From Candidatus Fokinia solitaria (GTDB lineage: Bacteria; Pseudomonadota; Alphaproteobacteria; Rickettsiales; Midichloriaceae): 32,000 nucleotides of DNA. Positions 18,930 through 30,245 of this stretch are shown here, piece after piece (position 1 is the first letter of the stretch; each line of letters starts with the position of its first letter). Where the stretch lies: contig NZ_CP025989.1 in assembly GCF_003072485.1 (NCBI RefSeq), positions 150,001-182,000 on the forward strand, read 5' to 3'. The translations under genes were made by a program, and so were the position numbers. The notes below the pieces were generated by a model. It saw only the letters and a program-made list of their open reading frames with translations. It searched no databases and was not told the DNA's origin.

Positions 18930-20219
18930 ATGTTCTTTTCTCTTCTACCTCTTATACTCTTCTTACTATTATTTCTCTCTTCTGGCTTATACTTCTCTAT
19001 AAATGCCGTTCAGAATCCTTTCTACCAACTCTCTCCTTTACTCATAATCCTTCCTTGCATCGCTTTAAGCTGGATTCTCCATAATGGTACTTCGAAAACT
19101 AAACAATCCTCTTTCTTAAATGGCATCGCTAATCATGACATCCTCATGATGTGTATCATCTTCCTTTTAGCCGGTGCATTTAGTGAGATAATGAGTAAAA
19201 TAGGTGCAGTCTCTTCCATCGTAAATCTTCTGCTTACATTCATTCCTTCAAATCTACTATTACTTGGACTTTTCATCACCGGCGCCTTCATTTCTACCTC
19301 AATAGGCACTTCTATGGGCACTATCGCTACTCTGATGCCTTTAGCAACTGCTTTGAGTGCGAAAAGCGGGTTACAGATTGAACTAATTTCGGGCACAATA
19401 CTTGGTAGTGCAATGTTTGGCGATAATCTCTCTCTGATTTCCGATACTACAATAGCTGCTGTTTCTTCGCAAAACGCAGATCCACGAAAAAAATTCTACA
19501 TCAATGCTAAACTGGCTTTCTATTCTGCTGTAATCGTCGCAATAGTATTGCTATTTCTAGGTTTTGCAAAAGCAAATGAAATTATAGCGGTAGAAAAATA
19601 TTCTTTGCCTCTGATTATACCGTATGTTCTACTACTTACACTATCAATGTCTGGTGTAGGTATTTTTTGCAGTTTGATACTAAGTATTTTAGCAGCAGGA
19701 ATTATAGGAATTATCGCAAATCCTACTTATCACTTTTTGAATTTTACAAGCGATATCATAGCTGGATTTTACACTATGAATGAAATTATGCTTTTATCTC
19801 TCATGATTGGCGGCTTATCAGGTTTAATGGGAAATTCACTCAGTGTACTAGGTAAAAAACTTACCATTGTATTGGCAAAAAAGATGCACAATAAAAAAGC
19901 ATGCTCTTTTGCAATCGCTGTGATCGTTACGATATTCGATGTGCTTTTAGCTAATAATACAATAGCTATCATAGTAAGCGGTAAAGCAGTAAAAGATGTA
20001 GCGATCGAAAATGGCCTCCCTCCACATTATACTGCAGCAATTCTTGATGTCTTCTCATGCATCTTCCAAGGACTTATCCCTTATGGCGCTCAAGTCTTAC
20101 TTGTAAGCAGCTTTACAGGCCTTTCACCATTCATAATCCCTCAGTATGTATATTACTGCCACATCTTGCTCCTCATCTCATCTTACTTCCTTATCTCACT
20201 TCCTAAAAAGATGTCTTAA
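18930..20219 (+). CDS. Na+/H+ antiporter, NhaC-like family
   Basis: GAFISTSIGTSMGTIATLMPLA, LSGTILGSAMFGDNLSLISDTTIAA-type motif, ANNTIAIIVSGKAVKDVA, PYGAQVLL. Confidence 0.88.
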   Translation: MFFSLLPLILFLLLFLSSGLYFSINAVQNPFYQLSPLLIILPCIALSWILHNGTSKTKQSSFLNGIANHDILMMCIIFLLAGAFSEIMSKIGAVSSIVNLLLTFIPSNLLLLGLFITGAFISTSIGTSMGTIATLMPLATALSAKSGLQIELISGTILGSAMFGDNLSLISDTTIAAVSSQNADPRKKFYINAKLAFYSAVIVAIVLLFLGFAKANEIIAVEKYSLPLIIPYVLLLTLSMSGVGIFCSLILSILAAGIIGIIANPTYHFLNFTSDIIAGFYTMNEIMLLSLMIGGLSGLMGNSLSVLGKKLTIVLAKKMHNKKACSFAIAVIVTIFDVLLANNTIAIIVSGKAVKDVAIENGLPPHYTAAILDVFSCIFQGLIPYGAQVLLVSSFTGLSPFIIPQYVYYCHILLLISSYFLISLPKKMS

Positions 20220-20394
20220 TATCTTCCGTAAAAGACGATTATTGTAGCTTCAAGTGTAATGTATATTTTCTTATAATTTATATTAAGCTGTTGATCTTAA
20301 CAGGCTCTTGCTGTAAGTTTTGAAATTATAAGTGCAGTGTGTGACGAGAGTTACATACTCATGCGGTAAATCAAATTTAAATTTGCGTAAGATA

Positions 20395-21576
20395 ATGAAG
20401 AAATTCGAACGTACCAAGCCACACGTAAACATCGGAACAATAGGCCATGTTGATCATGGTAAAACAACTCTTACTGCTGCTATTACAAAGTATTTCAGTG
20501 AGTCATTTGTTGCATACGATAAGATAGACAAAGCGCCAGAAGAAAGACAGCGTGGTATTACAATCAATACTGCGCACGTGGAGTATGAAACGAAGAATAG
20601 GCACTATGCGCACGTTGATTGCCCTGGACACGCGGACTACGTGAAAAATATGATTACTGGTGCTGCGCAGATGGATGGTGCGATACTTGTAGTAGCAGCA
20701 ACTGACGGTCCTATGCCTCAAACTAGAGAGCACATACTACTTGCGCGCCAGGTTGGTGTACCGTCAATAGTGGTATTTATGAATAAGATGGACCAAGTAA
20801 CGGATCCAGAACTTGCAATGCTTGTTGAAGAGGAAATAAGAGATTTACTTACGAAATATGGCTTTCCTGGAAAAGATATACCAATTATAAAAGGATCGGC
20901 TTTGAAAGCTTTGGAAGCTGCTTCATCTGATGCTTCAACTGGCGATGGTGCATGCATAGGGGAGCTTCTTGCAGCGGTAGATTCGTATATTCCTACTCCT
21001 CAAAGAGAACTCGATCTACCTTTCTTAATGCCTGTTGAAGATGTGTTTTCGATTTCGGGTCGTGGTACCGTTGTAACGGGACGTATTGAGAGAGGTATCG
21101 TGAAAGTTGGCGCAGAAGTTGAGATTGTAGGCTTCGGATATAGACACAAGACTGTTTGTACTGGTGTGGAGATGTTTAAGAAGATGCTTGATCAAGGACA
21201 AGCTGGAGATAATGTCGGTCTTTTATTGCGCGGCATAGCAAAAGAGGATGTGGAAAGAGGATGTGTTGTTGCAGCGCTGAACACGATAAATCCTCATACT
21301 AATTTTGAAGCGCAGTTGTATGCGCTAAGTAAAGAGGAAGGTGGACGTCATACAGCGTTTTTGAATGGCTATAGACCACAATTTTTCGTGAGAACTACCG
21401 ACGTTACTGGTACTATTCAACTTCCTGAAGGAACTGAGATGGTGATGCCAGGTGACAATGTAACGATTAATGTAGAGCTGATAGCGCCTATTGCGATGGA
21501 TGAAGGACAAAGATTTGCAATTCGCGAAGGTGGTAGAACAGTAGGTGCAGGAGTAGTATCTAAGATTATCAAATAG
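20395..21576 (+). CDS. tuf: Elongation factor Tu; start trimmed to the Met at 20395
   Basis: [64 protein letters not shown]. Confidence 0.98.
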   Translation: MKKFERTKPHVNIGTIGHVDHGKTTLTAAITKYFSESFVAYDKIDKAPEERQRGITINTAHVEYETKNRHYAHVDCPGHADYVKNMITGAAQMDGAILVVAATDGPMPQTREHILLARQVGVPSIVVFMNKMDQVTDPELAMLVEEEIRDLLTKYGFPGKDIPIIKGSALKALEAASSDASTGDGACIGELLAAVDSYIPTPQRELDLPFLMPVEDVFSISGRGTVVTGRIERGIVKVGAEVEIVGFGYRHKTVCTGVEMFKKMLDQGQAGDNVGLLLRGIAKEDVERGCVVAALNTINPHTNFEAQLYALSKEEGGRHTAFLNGYRPQFFVRTTDVTGTIQLPEGTEMVMPGDNVTINVELIAPIAMDEGQRFAIREGGRTVGAGVVSKIIK

Positions 21577-21582
21577 CTTTAT

Positions 21583-21906
21583 ATGACTCATGTAGTAACT
21601 GATAAATGTATAAGATGTAAGTATACGGATTGTGTAGAAGTATGCCCTGTTGAATGTTTTCATGAAGCGAAGAACATGCTTGTGATAAATCCTGATGAGT
21701 GCATTGATTGCGGCGTATGTGTAGCTGAATGTCCTATAGGAGCTATTCAATCTGAAATAGATGCTGAGCCTATATGGCTGGAGATAAACTCAAAATATGC
21801 TAAGAAGTTTCCTCGCATTCTCGAGAAGAAGATGCCTATGGCGGAAGCAGAGGTTTATAAGGACGTTGTAAATAAGGAAAAGTTTCTTAACGAAAATGAT
21901 GAGTAA
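21583..21906 (+). CDS. fdxA: FdxA-type ferredoxin (7Fe/8Fe)
   Basis: [20 protein letters not shown] … [16 protein letters not shown]. Confidence 0.94.
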   Translation: MTHVVTDKCIRCKYTDCVEVCPVECFHEAKNMLVINPDECIDCGVCVAECPIGAIQSEIDAEPIWLEINSKYAKKFPRILEKKMPMAEAEVYKDVVNKEKFLNENDE

Positions 21907-22703
21907 CTTTGTAAAGATCGTTTAGATAGATTCGCAAAGATTGCTTAGATAAATGATAAGTGATTTTTACAAGGACTTCTTGAGAAAATGACTGTGTTTC
22001 TGCGAGTTTCTCGAGAAGCCGAAAGAAATTTCTGTAATAGCTTTTCCATGTGTTTATAGAGCTTCTACAATAGAGGCGCTTTATCTGTTTATAGAAAGGA
22101 TGTTACTGATGAATCGATGGTGCTGCTTTTCTCATGATGCGGTGATTTGATTACTGCGAAGTTCTTAGTGAAGATGATGAGTAACTTTGTAAAGATCGTT
22201 TAGATAGATTCGTAAAGATTGCTTGGATAAATGATAAGTGATTTTTACAAGGACTTCTTGAGCAAATGACTATGTTTCTGCGAGTTTCTCGAGAAGCCGA
22301 AAGAAACTTCTGTAATAGCTTTTCTATGTGTTTATAGAGCTTCTGTAATAGAGGCGTCCTATCTGTTTATAGAAGAGATGTTACCGATGAATCGATGGTG
22401 CTGCTTTCTTCATGATGCGGTGATTTGATTACTGCGAAGTTCTTAGTGAAAATGATGAGTAACTTCATAAAGATCGTTTAGATAGATTCGCAAAGATTGC
22501 TTAGATAAATGATAAGTGATTTTTACAAGGACTTCTTGAGAAAATGACTGTGTTTCGAGTTTCTTGGAAAAGTTACAGAAACTTCTGTAATAGCGCTTTT
22601 CTATGTGTTTATAGAGCTTTCTGTAATAGAGGTATCTTATCTGTTTATAAAAGAGATGTTACTGATGAATCGATGGTGCTGCTTTCTTCATGATGCGGTG
22701 ATG
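21901..22703 (+). repeat. Three tandem intergenic repeats of about 278 bp (copy 3 truncated at about 247 bp)
   Basis: Units begin GAGTAACTTtgtaaagatcg at 21901, 22179 and 22457; units 1 and 2 have the same length and differ at roughly 18 positions by eye. Confidence 0.95.
21976..22018 (+). other. Predicted RNA hairpin inside repeat unit 1, conserved with one arm mismatch in unit 2
   Basis: CTTCTTGAGAAA (21976-21987) pairs with TTTCTCGAGAAG (22007-22018), all 12 pairs including one G-U, 19-nt loop. Unit 2 arms are at 22254-22265 and 22285-22296. Confidence 0.5.
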
Positions 22704-23955
22704 TTTGAAATGGTATCTATATCTTCACAATACTGTTATTTCAAGATGTAAAGTTCAAGTTCAGACTATGTAAGAAAAACGTAGTAGATATGTTATATAT
22801 CAGTCTTATTACAGCAAAACGATGCTATATCGCAGAGCTAAGGCTATTGTTACTACTATTATGTCGCTTCTTACGATAAATATATTTGCGCGAAAACGAT
22901 AAGTAGTAAATATTGCTATCTCATTATCATCCCTTGCTTAGTTTCAAGAGATGTGCGTATATCTTTTTCTTCTATGATAAAAAAGTTATTCAAAGCTTCT
23001 GAAATTTTTCCGACTTATGAAAGCGACTCTGATGCGGAGTCGTACTCTTCTTTTTATTTTGAATAAATATATTTAATTATTTTTGAAGATATTAATGCTA
23101 TTTCATAATTTCGTTAGATGCTTATACATTACTTTTCTGATGATTGATGCTTTTTATCCTATGCTTTTTGCATGATTGGAAAATCTTTACAGTACCTTCA
23201 ATGCTATCATAAAGTGTGATGAGTAATAACACACTCTCTTTATGAATATATGGTAAATCATTTCTGCTATTTTATAGATTTCCAGCGTATTGTCACTGTA
23301 GTTTCTTCATCATTTGAAGATTACTTTATATGTCTTATAGTATGAAAAATGACAATATGTAATGAAAAATTTGTGAATATAAAAGAGTATAAGAAAGTAT
23401 AAGAGAATATAAGACAGTTTAAGCTGAACGAGAGCTAAGATTATGTAGAGCTTTAGGCAAAATCTTACATCGCATGAAGACGTAATTGTTAGAGATTTAT
23501 TTATTGTTTACTCAAATTTGAGAAGATATTCGCTTCATAAGATATCATCTAACTTCAAATAGAAGTCCTTTTTAAGTTAAGGACAATTTTTGATACTTCA
23601 CTATGCGCTTCGAAAAAGAATATAGAACAAAACACTTTTTTGAACTTACTCAATGCATAGATAAAGCATATTAAAATGCATTTTTAATACTTGTATAAAA
23701 TATATCAGTGATAAAATTACGAATGTAAGAAAAGGATTTTTCTAGATATTTCTGCGCTTTTTATATATTTTTGCGTGAAGGATAGCGAGAAGCGCTATAG
23801 TTTCTACTCTTCAAAGAAGGGTATGCCACTTTTTTGATATCTGTTGAGGATGTATCTTCGATTTCGCATCGAGAGAAACGTTATCAAAGCTGAAGTAGAA
23901 GTTGAGATTTAAAGATATTCTTCAAAACAAGACATAACCATCACTAAGCTTCTAT

Positions 23956-24031
23956 TTGGTGCCGTTAGTGAGAATCGAACTCACGACCTCTTCATTACCA
24001 ATGAAGTGCACTACCACTGTGCTATAACGGC
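23956..24031 (-). tRNA. tRNA-Thr (anticodon GGT), CCA encoded
   Basis: Reverse complement GCCGTTATAGCACAGTGGTAGTGCACTTCATTGGTAATGAAGAGGTCGTGAGTTCGATTCTCACTAACGGCACCA. Confidence 0.96.
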
Positions 24032-24036
24032 TACTA

Positions 24037-25464
<1,428 letters not shown>

Positions 25465-25485
25465 TTACTTAGAAATTCTTTATCT

Positions 25486-26055
25486 CTATTTCTTTGATGA
25501 AGTTTCTGATTCCAATTTTGCACGTGCTTCATCAAAATCCAACTTCACGTAAGGGACTTTTTCATTGAGTTTAGCTATCAATTTATCTGTTACATCTACT
25601 TCTGGTGCAGACCATAATGGTCCTGCAACTATAACTTTCTTCTTCTCTTTCGAAGCTACCTCTTTCAAAGCTTCATCCCATGCTTTTTGCATCGTACCCA
25701 TACCCTTTTTAAAAGCGTAATCTATTATCCTACTATTTTTTACAAGCGTATTTTCATTTGCGCTTATTTTCTCTGAAAGCTTTGCTATTTTAGCGTCATT
25801 TTTAGAATCACCTGCTACTTTTGATTTATTCAAAGATTCTCTTTCTTTGGATAGATTCTGTATTGATTCTTTTATCTTAGCATTTAATTCTTTGTCTTTT
25901 TCTTCCATTTGACTGATAATTGCCTTGTATCCACTGGATGATTGAAATATTTTTGATGGATCTGCAACGGCCACACTAGAATCTTCAGAAAAGGCAAGTG
26001 CAGGTTGAACTGCGAGGAAGCAAACAGTTATAACACCTAAGAATTTGTTTTTCAT
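25486..26055 (-). CDS. OmpH/Skp-like periplasmic chaperone family protein
   Basis: Signal peptide (MKNKFLGVITVCFLAVQPALA), VAVADPSKIFQSSSGYKAIISQMEEKDKELNAKIKE coiled coil, VTDKLIAKLNEKVPYVK. Confidence 0.65.
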   Translation of the reverse strand: MKNKFLGVITVCFLAVQPALAFSEDSSVAVADPSKIFQSSSGYKAIISQMEEKDKELNAKIKESIQNLSKERESLNKSKVAGDSKNDAKIAKLSEKISANENTLVKNSRIIDYAFKKGMGTMQKAWDEALKEVASKEKKKVIVAGPLWSAPEVDVTDKLIAKLNEKVPYVKLDFDEARAKLESETSSKK

Positions 26056-26139
26056 GTTTTTATATAGAAGATATATATGTGCAAAGGCTATATATTTTCC
26101 GTTTGAAGTTCAAGCTAAATGATTTACATTACGTGTTTA

Positions 26140-26667
26140 TTAATAGAATTTTGGAAAACCGAGCGTACTCATAATGGTATCTTCGGTTGATTCCATTTTA
26201 TCAGCATCATTTTGATTATCATGATCGTAACCTATAGTATGCAATATTCCATGCACGACTAATTGAGTAAATCTATGCAGAAATGTCATATTTAACTCAT
26301 GTATCTCTTCCTCAATTGACTTATAGCATATGTATATATCTCCTACGATTTCATCGCTATTTTCATCATTTTTTATTACTTGCGAGAACGATAGTATATT
26401 TGTACTTTTATCGAGATTTCTATACGTCTTGTTTAAAGCGTGCATCTTCCTTGTACCGCACAGCACTATCGCTAATCGTAATTGATGATGATGCGTACTG
26501 ATGCTGTTTAAGTGTTTGAAGGCGAAATTTACTACCTCATAGGTATATCTCTTAATGTCGCTGAAGCCCGTACTAGAAAGTTGTAAGTTCTGAAAATCCT
26601 CCGATTTAAGTATAACTTTCTTACGCCATGCGCAGCACGTGACATGTACGTCGATTTCTTTTAGCAT
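26140..26667 (-). CDS. ybeY: Endoribonuclease YbeY; the annotated start at 26688 lies inside the tRNA-Arg gene, so the start is trimmed to 26667
   Basis: NKTYRNLDKSTNILSFS … GDIYICYKSIEEE … HGILHTIGYDHDNQNDADKMESTED. Confidence 0.92.
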   Translation of the reverse strand: MLKEIDVHVTCCAWRKKVILKSEDFQNLQLSSTGFSDIKRYTYEVVNFAFKHLNSISTHHHQLRLAIVLCGTRKMHALNKTYRNLDKSTNILSFSQVIKNDENSDEIVGDIYICYKSIEEEIHELNMTFLHRFTQLVVHGILHTIGYDHDNQNDADKMESTEDTIMSTLGFPKFY

Positions 26668-26682
26668 ATGACTTAAAATTCG

Positions 26683-26758
26683 TGGCACGCCTGAAAGGAT
26701 TTGAACCCATGACCTTTAGATCCGTAGTCTAACGCTCTATCCACTGAGCTACAGGCGC
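26683..26758 (-). tRNA. tRNA-Arg (anticodon ACG), CCA encoded
   Basis: Reverse complement GCGCCTGTAGCTCAGTGGATAGAGCGTTAGACTACGGATCTAAAGGTCATGGGTTCAAATCCTTTCAGGCGTGCCA; anticodon loop CTACGGA. Confidence 0.95.
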
Positions 26759-26863
26759 TACATACAAGAAGCGAATCGAAACTTGATTTCACCGTAACAT
26801 AGTATTACGCTCTGCGATGTTAAAGTAAAGAGTGATAAGTATTGTATTTGAAGTTTTGAAAAG

Positions 26864-28609
26864 TTGATGAATTTGATACTGATTGATAGTGCTTCAGAGC
26901 ACGAGTGTAGAGTTGCTGTATGCAAAAAAAGCGGAACTGAAATGGTACTTGAGGCTTTATATCAGCAAAATACTCGAATCCAAAACATAAAAGGCAATAT
27001 ATACTTAGCGAAAGTAGTACGAGTAGAGAACGCACTGCAAGCAGTTTTTGTGGATTATGGAGGGCAGTATAATGCTTTTCTGCCTTTGTCTAATGTGAGT
27101 AATGAGTACAAGACAAGAAGTGCGCACAATAAGCATCTGAAAAAGGATCAGTTGCTAATAATACAAATTGTGAAAGAGCAGAAGGATGAAAAATGTCCGC
27201 TAGCAACGACTTATATTACGTTAACTGGTCGTTTTATATCTGTGATATCGCACTCTTCTCAAGAAAGAATAAGGTTCATGAGAAAAATTGGCAGTGATAA
27301 AGAGAGATTGAAAAATATAGGCAATGAGCTATTGAATAGCGTAAAGAAGAATGATCGAGGACTGTCGATAGTATTCAAGAATGAGTCTGAAGGAAGAACG
27401 AAAATTGAGTTAAAGAGAGATTTTCAATATCTTGTAAAGTTGTTGGATAGTACTTTACAGCACTCAGAGAATAAAAAAAGTCCTGTCTTTCTGCATGCTG
27501 AAGGGAGTTTTGTCGAATGCGTTATTAGAGATACATATAATAACGATATCAAATCGATTATTGTAGAAGGAAAAGAAAAGTACAAGCAAGGACTAGCATT
27601 TATGAAAATGTTTTTGCCGACGCACGTAGATAAGATAGAACAGTATGATCGTAGTACTCCAATCTTTAAGTACTATGATATAGAGGAGAAAGTGACAGCG
27701 TTATATAGTAATAAGGTACTTTTACCTTCTGGAGGTTCGATTGTCATATCGTATACGGAAGCAATGATTACCATAGATGTGAACTCAGGAAAGAACATCA
27801 GCGAAAGTAATGTAGAAAATACTTCTCTCAAAACGAATTTAGAAGCGATTAAGGAAATTATTATTCAGATAAAGCTACGTGGTTTATCCGGTACTATTGC
27901 AATAGATTTTATAGATTTGGAGTCTACCAAAAATAGAGATCTGCTTTTTAAAGAAGCGCTTCAGCTTGGCAAAGATTACAATTTATCTCTTAGAATATTG
28001 CCACTGAATGAGCTTAGTATAATGCATATTACAAGGCAAAAGACACATAACTCTTTTTGTGAAATCAATTTGACAAAGTGCGATAACTGTAGTGGTACGG
28101 GATATATTAGAGCGGAGCATGCTACCATAAGCGCTATATGCAGAGCGGTGAAACAAGAGATATCTAAGAATGCTGAATTAACTAATATCACTGTTGTTGT
28201 AGGTGCGAAGCTAGCAACTCAGATCTTGAATTATACTGCTGTGTATGACGATATTATCAGAAAAACCTCTGATCATGATATTACTTTTCGTTTTATGATA
28301 GATTTATCAGTACCGGAAACGATGTTCTCACTTACTGCTTCTTCTGAGGTACGGCAACTTGCAAATGCGGTAGTGCCATTTTCCAAGCTGGAAGAGCAGT
28401 CGTATTTTGATGAAGAGAATGGCAGTACTGCAGTACGTGCAGAAAGTACTGAAAATGTTGTATCTAGAAATAAGAAGCGTTTCAGTAAATTTGGAAAGAA
28501 AAAAGCGAAAATTTCTGCAAAGGATTCTATAAAAGAAGAGGCTACTAGTGGATTACGTACAGTTATGCGAAGAATTTCTTCTCTTATAAAATCAAAGAGT
28601 TCAAATTAG
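26864..28609 (+). CDS. Ribonuclease E/G family protein
   Basis: GNIYLAKVVRVENALQAVFVDYGGQYNAFLPLS, LLPSGGSIVISYTEAMITIDVNSGKN, IDFIDLESTKNRDLL, CDNCSGTGYI. Confidence 0.94.
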   Translation: MMNLILIDSASEHECRVAVCKKSGTEMVLEALYQQNTRIQNIKGNIYLAKVVRVENALQAVFVDYGGQYNAFLPLSNVSNEYKTRSAHNKHLKKDQLLIIQIVKEQKDEKCPLATTYITLTGRFISVISHSSQERIRFMRKIGSDKERLKNIGNELLNSVKKNDRGLSIVFKNESEGRTKIELKRDFQYLVKLLDSTLQHSENKKSPVFLHAEGSFVECVIRDTYNNDIKSIIVEGKEKYKQGLAFMKMFLPTHVDKIEQYDRSTPIFKYYDIEEKVTALYSNKVLLPSGGSIVISYTEAMITIDVNSGKNISESNVENTSLKTNLEAIKEIIIQIKLRGLSGTIAIDFIDLESTKNRDLLFKEALQLGKDYNLSLRILPLNELSIMHITRQKTHNSFCEINLTKCDNCSGTGYIRAEHATISAICRAVKQEISKNAELTNITVVVGAKLATQILNYTAVYDDIIRKTSDHDITFRFMIDLSVPETMFSLTASSEVRQLANAVVPFSKLEEQSYFDEENGSTAVRAESTENVVSRNKKRFSKFGKKKAKISAKDSIKEEATSGLRTVMRRISSLIKSKSSN

Positions 28610-28648
28610 CTTTGTTGTCGTTTTTTTATGATATTTATGTGAATTGAT

Positions 28649-28996
28649 ATGCTAAAGATCACTGATAAGGCTATAAGCAGGATAAATGAGCTTATAGAGT
28701 GCGAGGAGCGTAAAGATGGTACGCAGAGCTATTCTTTTAGAGTAGAAGTGATTGGAGGTGGATGTTCTGGCTATCAATATAAATTTAGTATTGAAGGCAG
28801 AGAGCGAGATATGGCAATAGATGAAGGAGATTTTACGCATCAAGAATGCCATGCTTTGATAATGGATAGCGCATCGATGAAAATGTTAGATGGCAGTACT
28901 ATGGATTTTATAGATGAGCTTGGAGGAGCGTATTTTACGATTAGTAATCCTAACGTAAAGGCAAAATGTGGATGCGGTAATTCTTTTTCTATTTAA
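28649..28996 (+). CDS. HesB/IscA/ErpA-type iron-sulfur cluster insertion protein
   Basis: FRVEVIGGGCSGYQYKFSIE … NPNVKAKCGCGNSFSI, with the three conserved cysteines. Confidence 0.93.
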   Translation: MLKITDKAISRINELIECEERKDGTQSYSFRVEVIGGGCSGYQYKFSIEGRERDMAIDEGDFTHQECHALIMDSASMKMLDGSTMDFIDELGGAYFTISNPNVKAKCGCGNSFSI

Positions 28997-29162
28997 GTTC
29001 GCTATAATAAGAAGCGATGCTATTGTAAAAGAAAAATGACTTAAAGAGAGTTTCTCTTTTTGACGATTTCGTCTCAAGTATTTATATTGATCAATTTTAC
29101 GCTTGCGGATAGAGTAAAGTCTGATGTTATTAGCATTCAGTTATAAACTTATCTAAGTACGA

Positions 29163-30245
29163 ATGTCACTTGATTCAGCTGCGATTGAGATAGAGAAGAG
29201 GTACGAGCATATATCAGCTTCATTAATGCAATCTTCTTTGCTGCCGATTGATGAAATGGTGAAGTTAAATCAAGAATATGCCACCTTAGAACCTGTAGTA
29301 GCAGTAATCAGAGAAAGAAGAAATTTGCAGAGGATGAATGAAGAGATCGATGCTGAGTTATCTGTTACAAATGATTCTGAATTTAAAGAAGCTTTGCAAA
29401 GTGAAAAAGCTTTGCTATCGCAGAAGCTAGAGAAAATAGAACATGACTTCATGCTACTTCTCATCCCGAAAGATACTGATGATGAGAAGGGAGTTATTAT
29501 GGAGATCAGAGCTGCTGCAGGTGGTGCGGAAGCTGCGCTATTTGCATATGATTTGATGAGGATGTATTGTAGATATGCAGAGCGTCAAAGTTGGAAGGTG
29601 GAAATATTATCTATGAGTTCAACTGGAATAGATGGAGTAAAAGAATGCGCAATATGTATAAGTGGACGCGGTGCTTTTGCAAGACTCAAGTTCGAAGCAG
29701 GAGTACATAGAGTGCAAAGAGTGCCAGATACGGAAAATAATGGCAGGATTCATACTTCTACTGTTACTGTAGCTGTGCTACCTGAGATACAAGAAGTAGA
29801 TATCAATATTAAGGAAGAAGATCTGAAAATAGATGTATATAGAGCAAGTGGCGCAGGAGGGCAGCATGTCAATAAAACGGAGAGTGCAGTGAGGATAGTG
29901 CATATTCCTACCGGAATAACAGTCTGTCAGCAGGACGATAAATCACAGCATCGAAACAAAGATAAAGCAATGAGGATATTAAGTGCAAGACTCTACGAGT
30001 TAGAAAAGAGTAAAAAAGAATCTGAACGTTCTCAGAACAGAAAAGCACAAGTAGGTACCGGAGAACGTTCAGAAAAAGTAAGAACTTACAATTATCCTCA
30101 AAGTAGAGTGACAGATCATAGAATCGGAGTAACGATACATAATATTTTAGATGTAATGGATGGTAATATACAGAATTTCATCGATCATCTAATATCTCTT
30201 CATAATGCAGAAAAGTTAGCGAATTTTTCGGAAAAAGAGTTATGA
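29163..30245 (+). CDS. prfA: Peptide chain release factor 1
   Basis: RASGAGGQHVNKTESAVRIVHIPTGI, RTYNYPQSRVTDHRIG, RRVPxTE-like HRVQRVPDTENNGRIHTSTVTVAVLPE. Confidence 0.96.
   Translation: MSLDSAAIEIEKRYEHISASLMQSSLLPIDEMVKLNQEYATLEPVVAVIRERRNLQRMNEEIDAELSVTNDSEFKEALQSEKALLSQKLEKIEHDFMLLLIPKDTDDEKGVIMEIRAAAGGAEAALFAYDLMRMYCRYAERQSWKVEILSMSSTGIDGVKECAICISGRGAFARLKFEAGVHRVQRVPDTENNGRIHTSTVTVAVLPEIQEVDINIKEEDLKIDVYRASGAGGQHVNKTESAVRIVHIPTGITVCQQDDKSQHRNKDKAMRILSARLYELEKSKKESERSQNRKAQVGTGERSEKVRTYNYPQSRVTDHRIGVTIHNILDVMDGNIQNFIDHLISLHNAEKLANFSEKEL

Noticed and set aside
20395-21576. Isolated tuf as an unusual translocation
   Set aside because: Rickettsiales are known to have broken-up ribosomal/str and duplicated tuf arrangements, so an isolated tuf next to fdxA is not surprising.
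21325-21750. Antisense ORF across tuf and fdxA
   Set aside because: Overlaps two strongly supported genes and lacks recognisable domains; a shadow ORF.
21901-22703. Tandem units considered as a CRISPR-like array
   Set aside because: The units are ~278 bp and directly contiguous with no spacers, and there are no cas genes nearby.
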